Source: an uncultured Flavobacteriaceae bacterium
Lineage (GTDB): Bacteria > Bacteroidota > Bacteroidia > Flavobacteriales > Flavobacteriaceae
Direction of reading: 5' to 3'
Length of the DNA stretch: 64,000 bases
NCBI GenBank assembly: GCA_938084555.1
Contig: CALKFR010000024.1
Span: forward strand, 1,824-65,823
The notes under the pieces were generated by a model that ran no database searches, was not told the origin of the DNA, and saw nothing but the letters and a program-made list of their open reading frames with translations. Below, piece after piece: positions 38,651 through 48,224 of the stretch (its first letter is position 1; every line of letters begins with the position of its first letter). The position numbers were made by a program, and so were the translations under genes.

Positions 38651-39046
38651 ATGGCGAAGAAACCAGATTTAGTTGTTTTTGATGAAGATACACAGCAATA
38701 TAATGCTGCTATGATACCTTATGCCACTAGTGCAAGTTCTCCGGTAATAAAGCCATTGAATACAGCAACATGGAGAAATGATGGGGTAGATAGAGTAAAC
38801 AAACAATTTAAAAGTAAGTTTGATGAGTTAAGAAAAGAGTATGAGGAAATGATGGAGAAGTTTACTTATAATGATTTAGTTTACAATGCTAAATTTAATT
38901 TTGAACCCATCATAGGAGAAGTTTATTACCTCTATAACAATAAAAAAGAGGAGCCTTTTTTATCAATCATTCAACCTGACCAATGTAACTTTAATCATTT
39001 AGGGTCTTTTAGATTAAATTCTCAAAAAATGTGGGAAAAAATATAG
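38651..39046 (+). CDS. DUF2452-like protein
   Basis: PYAT, coiled coil, VYNAKFNFEPIIGEVYYLY. Confidence 0.72.
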   Translation: MAKKPDLVVFDEDTQQYNAAMIPYATSASSPVIKPLNTATWRNDGVDRVNKQFKSKFDELRKEYEEMMEKFTYNDLVYNAKFNFEPIIGEVYYLYNNKKEEPFLSIIQPDQCNFNHLGSFRLNSQKMWEKI

Positions 39047-39049
39047 CCA

Positions 39050-39406
39050 ATGGGGAAGATACAAGTAAACAATATTAAATTATATGCTAATCATGGCTGT
39101 CTAAGTGAAGAGGCAATGATCGGCTCTTGGTATCGAGTAGATATTGAAGTTGACGTAAACTTAACTAAATCTTCTGTTTCTGATGCCCTTGAAGACACTG
39201 TAGATTATGTGCACTTAAATCATATTGTTAAAGAAGAAATGGCTATTAGGTCTAAACTATTAGAGGAAGTTGCTAAAAGAATTTTAGATCGATTCTTTTT
39301 AGAATTAAACTTGATAAATAGTGCCACAGTAAGTGTTGCTAAATTAAATCCGCCAATTGGAGGGAATGTTCAAGAAGTTGTGATAATTCTCACAAAAGAA
39401 CGTTAA
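39050..39406 (+). CDS. folB: dihydroneopterin aldolase
   Basis: YANHGCLSEE, DTVDY, LLEEVA, KLNPPIGG. Confidence 0.95.
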   Translation: MGKIQVNNIKLYANHGCLSEEAMIGSWYRVDIEVDVNLTKSSVSDALEDTVDYVHLNHIVKEEMAIRSKLLEEVAKRILDRFFLELNLINSATVSVAKLNPPIGGNVQEVVIILTKER

Positions 39407-39440
39407 GTTTAAAAAAACTTGGATTACTAGATAATTGATG

Positions 39441-39448
39441 TAAATTTG
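39441..39448 (+). promoter_or_regulatory. -7 promoter element of tRNA-Cys
   Basis: TAAATTTG 13 nt upstream of the tRNA, TTG about 20 nt further upstream. Confidence 0.75.
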
Positions 39449-39461
39449 CAATCTTCAAAAA

Positions 39462-39532
39462 GGTGTCGTGGCCGAGTGGCTAGGCAGTGGTCTGCAACAC
39501 CATCTACAGCGGTTCGAATCCGCTCGACACCT
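39462..39532 (+). tRNA. tRNA-Cys (GCA)
   Basis: GGTGTCG...CGACACC-T (U73); anticodon arm GTGGT-CTGCAAC-ACCAT; T-arm AGCGG-TTCGAAT-CCGCT. Confidence 0.96.
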
Positions 39533-39538
39533 CAAAAC

Positions 39539-39567
39539 AAGCACCGTTATCGGTGCTTATTTTTTTC
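39539..39567 (+). terminator. terminator after tRNA-Cys
   Basis: aagcaccg-ttat-cggtgctt followed by T-run. Confidence 0.9.
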
Positions 39568-39647
39568 ACAGGAATTTATTAATTAACGTTTCAGTTTCTC
39601 TTTATTTTATTCATAGATATTGATGTTTTTTTGCATCTTTGCTTATC

Positions 39648-40493
39648 ATGAGAATTTATCCCATACAAACAGGAAATTTTAAGTTAGACGGCGGAGCTAT
39701 GTTTGGAGTAGTCCCAAAATCAATCTGGCAAAAAACAAACCCTGCAGACTCCAATAATATGATTGAGATGGGAATGCGCTCTTTATTAATTGAAGATGGG
39801 AAGAAGCTTATTTTAATTGATACTGGAATGGGTAATAAACAATCTGATAAATTCTTTGGCTATTATTGCCAATTTGGGCATTTTTCTTTGGATACTTCTC
39901 TTGCTTCATATGGATTTCACAGAGATGATATTACAGATGTTTTTTTAACTCATTTACATTTTGATCATTGTGGAGGTTCAATTCAATGGAACAAAGACCG
40001 AACAGGTTATGAACCTGCTTTTAAAAACGCCAAATTTTGGAGTAATCAAGAGCATTGGAATTGGGCAATTCATCCCAACCCCAGAGAAAAAGCGTCTTTT
40101 TTAAAAGAGAATATTTTACCCATACAAGAAAGTGGTCAATTAAATTTTATTTCAGAAAAGTCCTCTCAGCAAGTTGGATTTGATGTTTTAACAATGAACG
40201 GGCACACAGAAAAACAAATGTTGCCTAAAATTTTTTATCAAGGTAAAACCATTATTTTTACGGCAGATTTATTGCCAACTACTGGTCACATACCAGTGCC
40301 TTATGTTATGGGGTATGATACAAGACCGTTATTAACAATAAAAGAGAAAGAAGCCTTTTTAAACGAGGCTGCAGACAATGAATATTTTCTATTTTTAGAG
40401 CATGATGCTTATTCCGAAGTTTGTACAGTTAAACATACAAATAAAGGAGTTAGATTAAAAGAAACGTATACATTTAAAGATATATTTAATTAA
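39648..40493 (+). CDS. MBL-fold metallo-hydrolase (YtnP-like)
   Basis: LDGGAMFGVVP, THLHFDHCGG, GHT, MGYD. Confidence 0.9.
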   Translation: MRIYPIQTGNFKLDGGAMFGVVPKSIWQKTNPADSNNMIEMGMRSLLIEDGKKLILIDTGMGNKQSDKFFGYYCQFGHFSLDTSLASYGFHRDDITDVFLTHLHFDHCGGSIQWNKDRTGYEPAFKNAKFWSNQEHWNWAIHPNPREKASFLKENILPIQESGQLNFISEKSSQQVGFDVLTMNGHTEKQMLPKIFYQGKTIIFTADLLPTTGHIPVPYVMGYDTRPLLTIKEKEAFLNEAADNEYFLFLEHDAYSEVCTVKHTNKGVRLKETYTFKDIFN

Positions 40494-40505
40494 AATAAAC
40501 AAACT

Positions 40506-42146
40506 ATGAAATTTTTAAACTCCATAATTTTTATTACACTTTTTACTTTTTTATTAGGAAGCTGTAAAACTATTTCAAAGATTCCAGTTCCTAAACCTTC
40601 TTCATATAGTGTAACTGCAACTGCAAAAAAAGCTCCTTTAACAGAAGAAGAAAGTAAGTTTTGGGGCCATAGCGATCTAGCTACAGATTCAATTCCTGGA
40701 ATGAGCTTGGATAAAGCTTATACGTTTTTACAAGGGAAAAAAGGAGTCGAAGTAATAGTGGGCGTTGTAGATTCTGGAACAGATTTATTGCACGAAGATT
40801 TAAAAGATGTAGCTTGGGTAAATACCAAAGAAATACCATCAAATGGAATAGATGACGACAAAAATGGCTATGTAGATGACATTAATGGATGGAATTTTTT
40901 AGGACCTATTTATAAGGAACATTTGGAGTATCAACGTATAGTTAAAGATCCATCTATAGCAAATGAAGCATCAGTAAAAGAAGCTACTAAATTTTATGAT
41001 GAAAAAGTTGCAGCAGCTAAAGCAAATGAAAAACGATACGGGCAAATGCTAAAAATGGTATCCAATGCAGATGACGCTCTTTCTAAACATTTTAATAAAA
41101 GTGATTATTCTAAAGATGAAGTTTCAAATACAGTAACTGAGGATACTGCTTTAAAACAAAGTATAGAAGTTGCAAAACAAATGTATGGATTTGGTTTAAG
41201 TTCTTTAGCACAAGCAAAACAAGAGCTTTCAAAATTAGTTGAAAATGCTACCACAATGTTAAGTGGCGAAGATTTGAAGAAAGAGTATAGAAGTGTTTTA
41301 GGGGATGATCCGAATACCATGGACAACATTTCTTATGGAGATGCAGCAACAGGACATTCTTCCAAAGATGAGGCTCATGGAACCCATGTTTCGGGAATTA
41401 TAGGAGCCTCAAGAAATAATAACATTGGAATGAATGGTGTAGCAACTAATGTGAAAATCATGGCAGTAAGAGCGGTTCCAGATGGCGATGAATACGACAA
41501 AGATGTTGCCTTAGGCCTACGTTATGCTGTTGATAATGGAGCAAAAGTAATTAACACTAGTTTTGGAAAAGGATTCTCACCAAAAAAAGAGTGGGTATAT
41601 GAAGCTATTTTATATGCTGCCTCCAAAGATGTTTTGATTGTAAATGCTGCTGGAAATGATGGAAAAGACCTAGATGTTGAAAAAACATATCCAAATGATT
41701 CTAGAGATTTAGTCACTGAAATTTCTGATAATGTATTAACGGTTGGTGCTATGAGTGCTAATTATGATGAAAATTTACCAGCATCTTTTTCTAATTATGG
41801 TAAGATTAATGTTGATGTTTTTGCTCCAGGAGTACAAATTTATTCAACAATACCAGATGGAGAATATGCTAAGTTTAGTGGAACTTCCATGGCAGCTCCC
41901 TCAACCGCTGGAGTTGCAGCATTATTAAGGTCTTACTACCCAAAATTATCTGCTAGTCAGGTAAAACATATTTTGATGAATTCTGGAACGATGATTAATC
42001 TTGATGTGATTAAGCCAGGGTCTAGATCTAGAGAATATCCAAAAGGTAAAAAAGTTTCATTTTCAGAGTTGTCAGTTTCTGGAAGAGTTGTTAATGCTTA
42101 TAATGCCTTAAAGATGGCAGATTATATGGTAAACGGGAAGAACTAA
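40506..42146 (+). CDS. S8 subtilisin-like serine peptidase, lipoprotein
   Basis: Lipobox LGSC; triad VVDSG, HGTHVSG, GTSMA; AAGN oxyanion motif. Confidence 0.94.
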   Translation: MKFLNSIIFITLFTFLLGSCKTISKIPVPKPSSYSVTATAKKAPLTEEESKFWGHSDLATDSIPGMSLDKAYTFLQGKKGVEVIVGVVDSGTDLLHEDLKDVAWVNTKEIPSNGIDDDKNGYVDDINGWNFLGPIYKEHLEYQRIVKDPSIANEASVKEATKFYDEKVAAAKANEKRYGQMLKMVSNADDALSKHFNKSDYSKDEVSNTVTEDTALKQSIEVAKQMYGFGLSSLAQAKQELSKLVENATTMLSGEDLKKEYRSVLGDDPNTMDNISYGDAATGHSSKDEAHGTHVSGIIGASRNNNIGMNGVATNVKIMAVRAVPDGDEYDKDVALGLRYAVDNGAKVINTSFGKGFSPKKEWVYEAILYAASKDVLIVNAAGNDGKDLDVEKTYPNDSRDLVTEISDNVLTVGAMSANYDENLPASFSNYGKINVDVFAPGVQIYSTIPDGEYAKFSGTSMAAPSTAGVAALLRSYYPKLSASQVKHILMNSGTMINLDVIKPGSRSREYPKGKKVSFSELSVSGRVVNAYNALKMADYMVNGKN

Positions 42147-42157
42147 AAAAATTATAA

Positions 42158-43954
42158 ATGAAGAAAATAATTCTATTTTTATTTATTTCAACTTATTCAA
42201 GTATCTACTGTCAACAAACTTCAAATTATTGGCAGCAACATGTTGATTATACAATGGATATTGATGTAGATGTCACTAAATTTCAATACAAGGGCACTCA
42301 GAAATTAGTGTACACAAATAATTCACCAGATGAGTTAACTCATGTATATTATCATCTTTATTTCAATGCTTTTCAACCCAATTCTCAAATGGATATTCGT
42401 TCAAGAAATATTCAAGATCCAGATGGCAGAGTTACCGATAGGATTAGTAAATTAAAACCTGAAGAGATCGGCTATATCAAGATAGCTTCTTTAAAACAAG
42501 ACGGTAAAAGTGTTCAGTTCGAAGTGGTTGGAACTATTTTAGAAGTAACACTGAATACACCAATAAAATCTGGAGAGCGTTCAATATTTGATATGACATA
42601 TGACGCTCAAGTCCCAAAACAAATTAGACGTTCAGGTCAAACAAACAAAGAAGGAGTTGTTCTATCTATGGCACAATGGTATCCAAAAATGGCTGAATAT
42701 GATTTTGAGGGCTGGCATACACCTCCATATATAGCAAGAGAGTTTCATGGAGTTTGGGGAGATTTTGACGTTACCATACATATTGATAAAAATTTCACCA
42801 TTGGAGGAACAGGATATCTTCAAAATCCACAAGAAATTGGTCATGGTTATGAGGATAAGTCTAGAAAAATTAAAAAATCTACTGGAGAAAAATTAAGTTG
42901 GCATTTTAAAGCCCCAAATGTTCATGATTTTATGTGGGCTGCAGATCCTAATTATTCTCATGATATTTTAAAAACAGCCAATGGAATTGACCTTCATTTT
43001 TTTTATAAAAATAATCTAGAAGAAAAGTATCTTAAAAATTGGAAAGATTTACAGCCCAAAACAGCTCAATTAATGCGTTTTTTTAGTGAAAATATTGGGC
43101 AATATCCATACAAACAATATTCTGTAATTCAAGGTGGAGATGGAGGTATGGAGTATGCAATGTCAACGTTAATAACTGGCAAAAGAAGTTTTAATAGTTT
43201 GTTAGGGGTTACCTCTCATGAGATGGCACATACATGGTTTCAGTTTTTATTAGCGAGTAATGAAAGTAAGCATCCATGGATGGATGAAGGATTTACATCT
43301 TATATTTCTAATATTGCAATGAATAAAGTTTTAGATAGAAAAATAAAAAATCCTCATCAAGGAGCTTACAACAGGTATTATAAAATGATTTCCTATAGAA
43401 AAGAGGAACCTCTTTCAACCCATGCAGACAGGTATCATTTAAATTCTTCATATAGCACAGCGAGTTATAGTATGGGCGCTATATTTTTATCCCAATTAGA
43501 ATACATTATTGGGAAAGAGAATGTTGAGAAAGGACTTAAAAAATATTTTAATGATTTTAGTTTCAAACATCCAACGCCTAATGATATTAAGAGATCTATG
43601 GAAAAAGTTTCTGGAATTCATTTAGATTGGTACTTAAATGAATGGACTCAGACTACTCATACAATTGATTATAGTGTTCGAGGCTTTGGTAATAAAAAAA
43701 TTATTTTACAAAGACATGGTAAAATGCCAATGCCTATAGATGTGAGAGTATCCTACAAGGATGGAACCTCAGAGGATTTTAATATTCCTTTACAAATGAT
43801 GAGAGGGAATAAACCTACAAAAGCAACAATTTTAAAAGATTGGTCTTGGGCTCATCCTATCTATAAATTTGAGGTTTTGAAAGAAATAAAATCAGTAGAA
43901 ATAGATCCTTCTAAGCTGATGGCAGATATTTATCCGTCAGATAATAAGAAATAA
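42158..43954 (+). CDS. M1 family zinc aminopeptidase
   Basis: Signal peptide; GGMEY and HEMAH-X18-E (WMDEG). Confidence 0.93.
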   Translation: MKKIILFLFISTYSSIYCQQTSNYWQQHVDYTMDIDVDVTKFQYKGTQKLVYTNNSPDELTHVYYHLYFNAFQPNSQMDIRSRNIQDPDGRVTDRISKLKPEEIGYIKIASLKQDGKSVQFEVVGTILEVTLNTPIKSGERSIFDMTYDAQVPKQIRRSGQTNKEGVVLSMAQWYPKMAEYDFEGWHTPPYIAREFHGVWGDFDVTIHIDKNFTIGGTGYLQNPQEIGHGYEDKSRKIKKSTGEKLSWHFKAPNVHDFMWAADPNYSHDILKTANGIDLHFFYKNNLEEKYLKNWKDLQPKTAQLMRFFSENIGQYPYKQYSVIQGGDGGMEYAMSTLITGKRSFNSLLGVTSHEMAHTWFQFLLASNESKHPWMDEGFTSYISNIAMNKVLDRKIKNPHQGAYNRYYKMISYRKEEPLSTHADRYHLNSSYSTASYSMGAIFLSQLEYIIGKENVEKGLKKYFNDFSFKHPTPNDIKRSMEKVSGIHLDWYLNEWTQTTHTIDYSVRGFGNKKIILQRHGKMPMPIDVRVSYKDGTSEDFNIPLQMMRGNKPTKATILKDWSWAHPIYKFEVLKEIKSVEIDPSKLMADIYPSDNKK

Positions 43955-43971
43955 AATGAATAGGGTGATTT

Positions 43972-44646
43972 TTATTTTTTATCAACCTGTTCCAATAAAG
44001 TATTAATCTTATTATCTTTTGGCAGAAAACCTTTGAGCATTAAGCCTACTCCAAAAACTATTAACAAGATGCCCATGAATCGTTTTATTCTATAAACAAC
44101 CGTTGAGGTCAATTTATTTTTTAGTTGTTTTGCTAAGATAATTTTACCCAAATCAGTAATAAAATAGCTGCAAATAATAATGCTAAAATAATAAAAAATG
44201 TGAGTTGGGTTCATGTCTAAAGTTGGCCCGATTACAACGATTAAACCAAGCCAGAATGCAAGTACACCTATATTAATGAAGTTTAAAAAAAAACCTTTAA
44301 AGATCAATCTAAAATAATTATTGTTTGCAGGAAACTTTATAGACTTCTCAATTTCTTTTTTTTCAGATTTATCTAGATAGGTGATGGCACCATATACAAT
44401 TAAAATAAGGCCTCCTATAAAAAATAAACGTGGATCATCTTTAATTCTTTCTAGTAAATGTCTACTGCCAAAATAGGCAATCACTATAAAAGTTACATCT
44501 CCTAAAATTACCCCTAGATTGAAAGCAATTGCCGCCCTAGCACCTTTTACAATACTAGTTTGAATTAACATAAAAAAAACAGGGCCAATCATAAAAGAAA
44601 GAAAGAACCCAAAAAAAATTGCATTTTTTATGTCGTATATATCCAT
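43972..44646 (-). CDS. LysE family translocator
   Basis: IGPVFF, GVILGD, GFFLNFIN; about 6 TM. Confidence 0.85.
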   Translation of the reverse strand: MDIYDIKNAIFFGFFLSFMIGPVFFMLIQTSIVKGARAAIAFNLGVILGDVTFIVIAYFGSRHLLERIKDDPRLFFIGGLILIVYGAITYLDKSEKKEIEKSIKFPANNNYFRLIFKGFFLNFINIGVLAFWLGLIVVIGPTLDMNPTHIFYYFSIIICSYFITDLGKIILAKQLKNKLTSTVVYRIKRFMGILLIVFGVGLMLKGFLPKDNKINTLLEQVDKK

Positions 44647-44664
44647 GTGTTAAAGATACATTTT

Positions 44665-45711
44665 TTACACATCATCAAAATCAATAGAAATCTTTGATGT
44701 TGTTGGATGTGCCTGGCAGGTTAAAATAAATCCATCATTAACTTCATCGTCTGTAAGAATGCTATTTTTAACCATTACTGCATTTCCTTGAGTTACTTTT
44801 CCCAGACAACTAGAGCAAACACCACCCTGGCAAGAGTAAGGAGCATCAATATCATTTCTTAAAGCAGCGGCTAAAATATTATCTGTTTGATTCATGGTAA
44901 AATGAATTTCTTCATCATCTAACAAAACTGAAACTTCTGTTTGTCCATCCTTTATTTGAGAACTACCTTCTTCATTGATTGAAGCGGTAAATAATTCAAA
45001 TAAAATTTGAGATTCCTTAAAGTTATTTTCTTTTAATGTAGTTGAAATAGTTTTAATCATATCCTCTGGACCACATAAAAAAGCAGTTTTAAAAGCCCAA
45101 CTTTTATAAATATTTTTAATAAAATAATTTAAATGCCCTTTGTCAATTCTTCCAAATAAAGAACCTTCTTCATTCTGTTTACTAAATACATATTCTAAAT
45201 TAAATCTTGTATTATAAGCAATAGAAAGCGCATCTAACTCAGATTTAAACATTGTTTCAGCTGAGGATTTATTCCCATAAATTAATGTAAATGAAGATGA
45301 CGGCTCATCTTGCAAAACTGTTTTAACCATTGACAAAACAGGTGTAATACCACTTCCAGCAGCAATACCTAAATAATTATTACTTCTTGTAGGTTCAAGA
45401 ATAAATTTTCCCTCGGGCTCATGAACTTCTATTACATCACCTATTTTCAGATGAGATATTGCATAGGAAGAAAAAATACCATTCTCAACTTTTTTTATGG
45501 CAACTTTTAATTCACCACTTTTTGGTGAGGAACAAATAGAGTAAGATCTTCGTATTTCTTTATCTTCAATAGTTGTTTTTAAAGTAACATATTGCCCTGC
45601 TTTGAATAAAAAATTATTTTTTAAATTTTCAGGAACATCAAAAACAAGAGAAACCGCATTTGCGGTTTCTTGAATGTAATTCTTAACAGATAATTTATGA
45701 AATGTACTCAT
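44665..45711 (-). CDS. FNR-like oxidoreductase with C-terminal 2Fe-2S domain (PaaE/PaaK-like)
   Basis: RSYSICS, AAGSGITP, FLCGP, CQGGVCSSC...LTCQA. Confidence 0.9.
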   Translation of the reverse strand: MSTFHKLSVKNYIQETANAVSLVFDVPENLKNNFLFKAGQYVTLKTTIEDKEIRRSYSICSSPKSGELKVAIKKVENGIFSSYAISHLKIGDVIEVHEPEGKFILEPTRSNNYLGIAAGSGITPVLSMVKTVLQDEPSSSFTLIYGNKSSAETMFKSELDALSIAYNTRFNLEYVFSKQNEEGSLFGRIDKGHLNYFIKNIYKSWAFKTAFLCGPEDMIKTISTTLKENNFKESQILFELFTASINEEGSSQIKDGQTEVSVLLDDEEIHFTMNQTDNILAAALRNDIDAPYSCQGGVCSSCLGKVTQGNAVMVKNSILTDDEVNDGFILTCQAHPTTSKISIDFDDV

Positions 45712-45716
45712 AATGT

Positions 45717-46706
45717 TTAAACGATTTTGTTTTCTACTAAATATTCTGCTATTTGAACAGCATTTGTTGCCGCTCCTTTTCTTAGGTTATCAGAAACAAT
45801 CCACAAATTTAATGAGTTTTCTTGAGATTCGTCTCGTCTTATCCTTCCAACAAAAACTTCATCTTTTTCATGAGCAGTAATTGGCATAGGATATAGATTT
45901 TCTTTAACATTATCTTGAACAATAACTCCAGGAGTCTCACGTAATAATTTCCGCACTTTTTCAATATCAAAATCATGCTTAAATTGAACGTTTACAGCTT
46001 CTGAATGGCCTCCAGCTGTGGGTATTCTAACAGCTGTTGCAGTTATGGAAAATGTATCATCTCCTAAAATTTTTTTAGGCTCTTTCACCAATTTCATTTC
46101 TTCTTTTGTATATCCATTTTCAAGAAAAATATCACAATGTGGCAATGCGTTTCTTCCAATAGGATGAGGATATACCATTTCTCCTTCAATTCCTGCTTCC
46201 TCGTTTTCTAATTGCTGAACTGCTTTTACTCCAGTTCCAGAAACAGATTGATAGGTTGAAATAACTACACGCTTCATAGTATATTCTAGATGCAATGGAG
46301 CTAATGCCATCACTAATTGAATGGTAGAGCAATTTGGATTGGCAATAATTTTATCATTTTTTGATAAAACTTTACCGTTAATTTCTGGTACTACTAGTTT
46401 TTTTTCAGGATCCATTCTCCATGCAGAAGAATTATCAATTACAGTAGTTCCACCAGCTGCAAATTTTGGTGCCCACTCAAGAGAAGTATCTCCACCTGCA
46501 GAAAATAATGCGATATCTGGTTTTATATTTACTGCATTTTGAAGACTAACAACTGTATAGTCTTTATTTTTAAATGATATCTGTTTTCCAACAGACCTTT
46601 CGGAAGCTACCGGGATTAATTCAGTTATGTTAAAGTTTCTTTCAGCTAAAACTTTCAGCATTACATTTCCTACCATTCCTGTAGCACCCACTAAAGCGAT
46701 TTTCAT
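45717..46706 (-). CDS. asd: aspartate-semialdehyde dehydrogenase
   Basis: VGATGMVG, ANPNCST, SGTG, DNLRKGAATN. Confidence 0.97.
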   Translation of the reverse strand: MKIALVGATGMVGNVMLKVLAERNFNITELIPVASERSVGKQISFKNKDYTVVSLQNAVNIKPDIALFSAGGDTSLEWAPKFAAGGTTVIDNSSAWRMDPEKKLVVPEINGKVLSKNDKIIANPNCSTIQLVMALAPLHLEYTMKRVVISTYQSVSGTGVKAVQQLENEEAGIEGEMVYPHPIGRNALPHCDIFLENGYTKEEMKLVKEPKKILGDDTFSITATAVRIPTAGGHSEAVNVQFKHDFDIEKVRKLLRETPGVIVQDNVKENLYPMPITAHEKDEVFVGRIRRDESQENSLNLWIVSDNLRKGAATNAVQIAEYLVENKIV

Positions 46707-46964
46707 GTTATATTACTTTAATTTTTTTCGTGATTAAGTTTATTTCGCGACCTAGTTCACGGATATTTATTTAAGATGCTACAAAGATGCTAAAAAATGT
46801 TATGAAGACTTCAATTAATTGTGGTAAGAAATAGATAAAATTTAAAAATTTTTCAAATACAAAGGAAATGTTGAATTTTTAACGTACTATCAAAAATTAT
46901 GGTAATTTTGTAGTTAAGAGTCTGTAATAGACAAAAATAGATTGTTTAACGAATTTAGTATAGC

Positions 46965-47996
46965 ATGCAACTGTACAATAAGTTAAGCGCTAATGAACGC
47001 GCTGCATTAATAGATGAGGCTGGAAAAGACCGAATTACAATTTCATTCTATCAATATCACAAGATAGAAAATCCACAATTACTTAGAGATAAATTATTTT
47101 TAGAATGGGATAGTTTAGATGTATTGGGAAGAACCTATGTTTCCTATGAAGGAATCAATGCACAATTATCTGTTCCCTCAGAGAATTTTTTAAAATTAAA
47201 AAATCAGTTAGATGCCATCTCTTTTTTGAATAATATTCGATTAAACGTAGCTATTGAACATCACAATAAATCTTTTTTAAAATTAAAAATAAAGGTTAGA
47301 AAAAAGATTGTTGCTGATGGCTTAAATGATAATACTTTTGATGTAACCAATAAAGGTATTCATTTAAATGCGAGGGAATTTAACCAAATGTTGGAGGATC
47401 CTAATACTATTTGTGTAGATATGCGAAATCATTACGAAAGTGAAATTGGTCATTTTGATGGGGCAATAACTCCAGATGTAGATACCTTTAGAGATTCGTT
47501 AGATATTATTGAAGAAGATTTAAAAGAGAATAAAGAAAATAAAAACTTGTTGATGTATTGTACCGGAGGTATTCGTTGTGAAAAAGCTTCAGCATATTAT
47601 AAACACAAAGGGTTTAAAAATGTTTTTCAATTAGAGGGTGGAATTATAGAGTATGCAAAACAGGTGAAGTCTGAAGGATTAGATAATAAGTTTATTGGAA
47701 AAAATTTTGTATTTGATCATCGAAGAGCAGAAAAAATATCTGAAGATGTAATCGCTAACTGCCATCAATGTGGGAGCTCTTGTGACAACCATGTGAATTG
47801 TGCTAATGAAGCGTGTCATTTATTATTTATTCAGTGTAATGATTGTTCAGAAAAGATGGAGAATACTTGCTCTACAGAATGTCAAGAGATCATTCAACTT
47901 CCATATGAGCAGCAAAAAGCACTCAGAAAAGGAAGCCACGCTAGTAATAAAATCTTTAAAAAAGGAAGGTCAGAAAAGCTAAAGTTTAAGAAATAA
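46965..47996 (+). CDS. trhO: oxygen-dependent tRNA uridine(34) hydroxylase (rhodanese, UPF0176)
   Basis: EGINAQ, RNHYESEIGHF, MYCTGGIRCEK, NFVFD, Cys-rich tail. Confidence 0.92.
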   Translation: MQLYNKLSANERAALIDEAGKDRITISFYQYHKIENPQLLRDKLFLEWDSLDVLGRTYVSYEGINAQLSVPSENFLKLKNQLDAISFLNNIRLNVAIEHHNKSFLKLKIKVRKKIVADGLNDNTFDVTNKGIHLNAREFNQMLEDPNTICVDMRNHYESEIGHFDGAITPDVDTFRDSLDIIEEDLKENKENKNLLMYCTGGIRCEKASAYYKHKGFKNVFQLEGGIIEYAKQVKSEGLDNKFIGKNFVFDHRRAEKISEDVIANCHQCGSSCDNHVNCANEACHLLFIQCNDCSEKMENTCSTECQEIIQLPYEQQKALRKGSHASNKIFKKGRSEKLKFKK

Positions 47997-48224
47997 AATA
48001 GCATGGAGTTCAAAGATAAATTCAGCGCTAATTTTTTATACTTTTTACAATTAAATGATTGTGATAGATTCCGTATATTTACTTGTTATAAAATGCATTT
48101 TTAATTTTACATTACAATAATTTGTAAGAAACTTTTAAGTGTGTTTTTAGTAAGCCAACAAAATTCATTTGGCTAAAATTTATAAGAACTCTAAGAAGCT
48201 TAGCTTCTAAAAATATATTACTTT

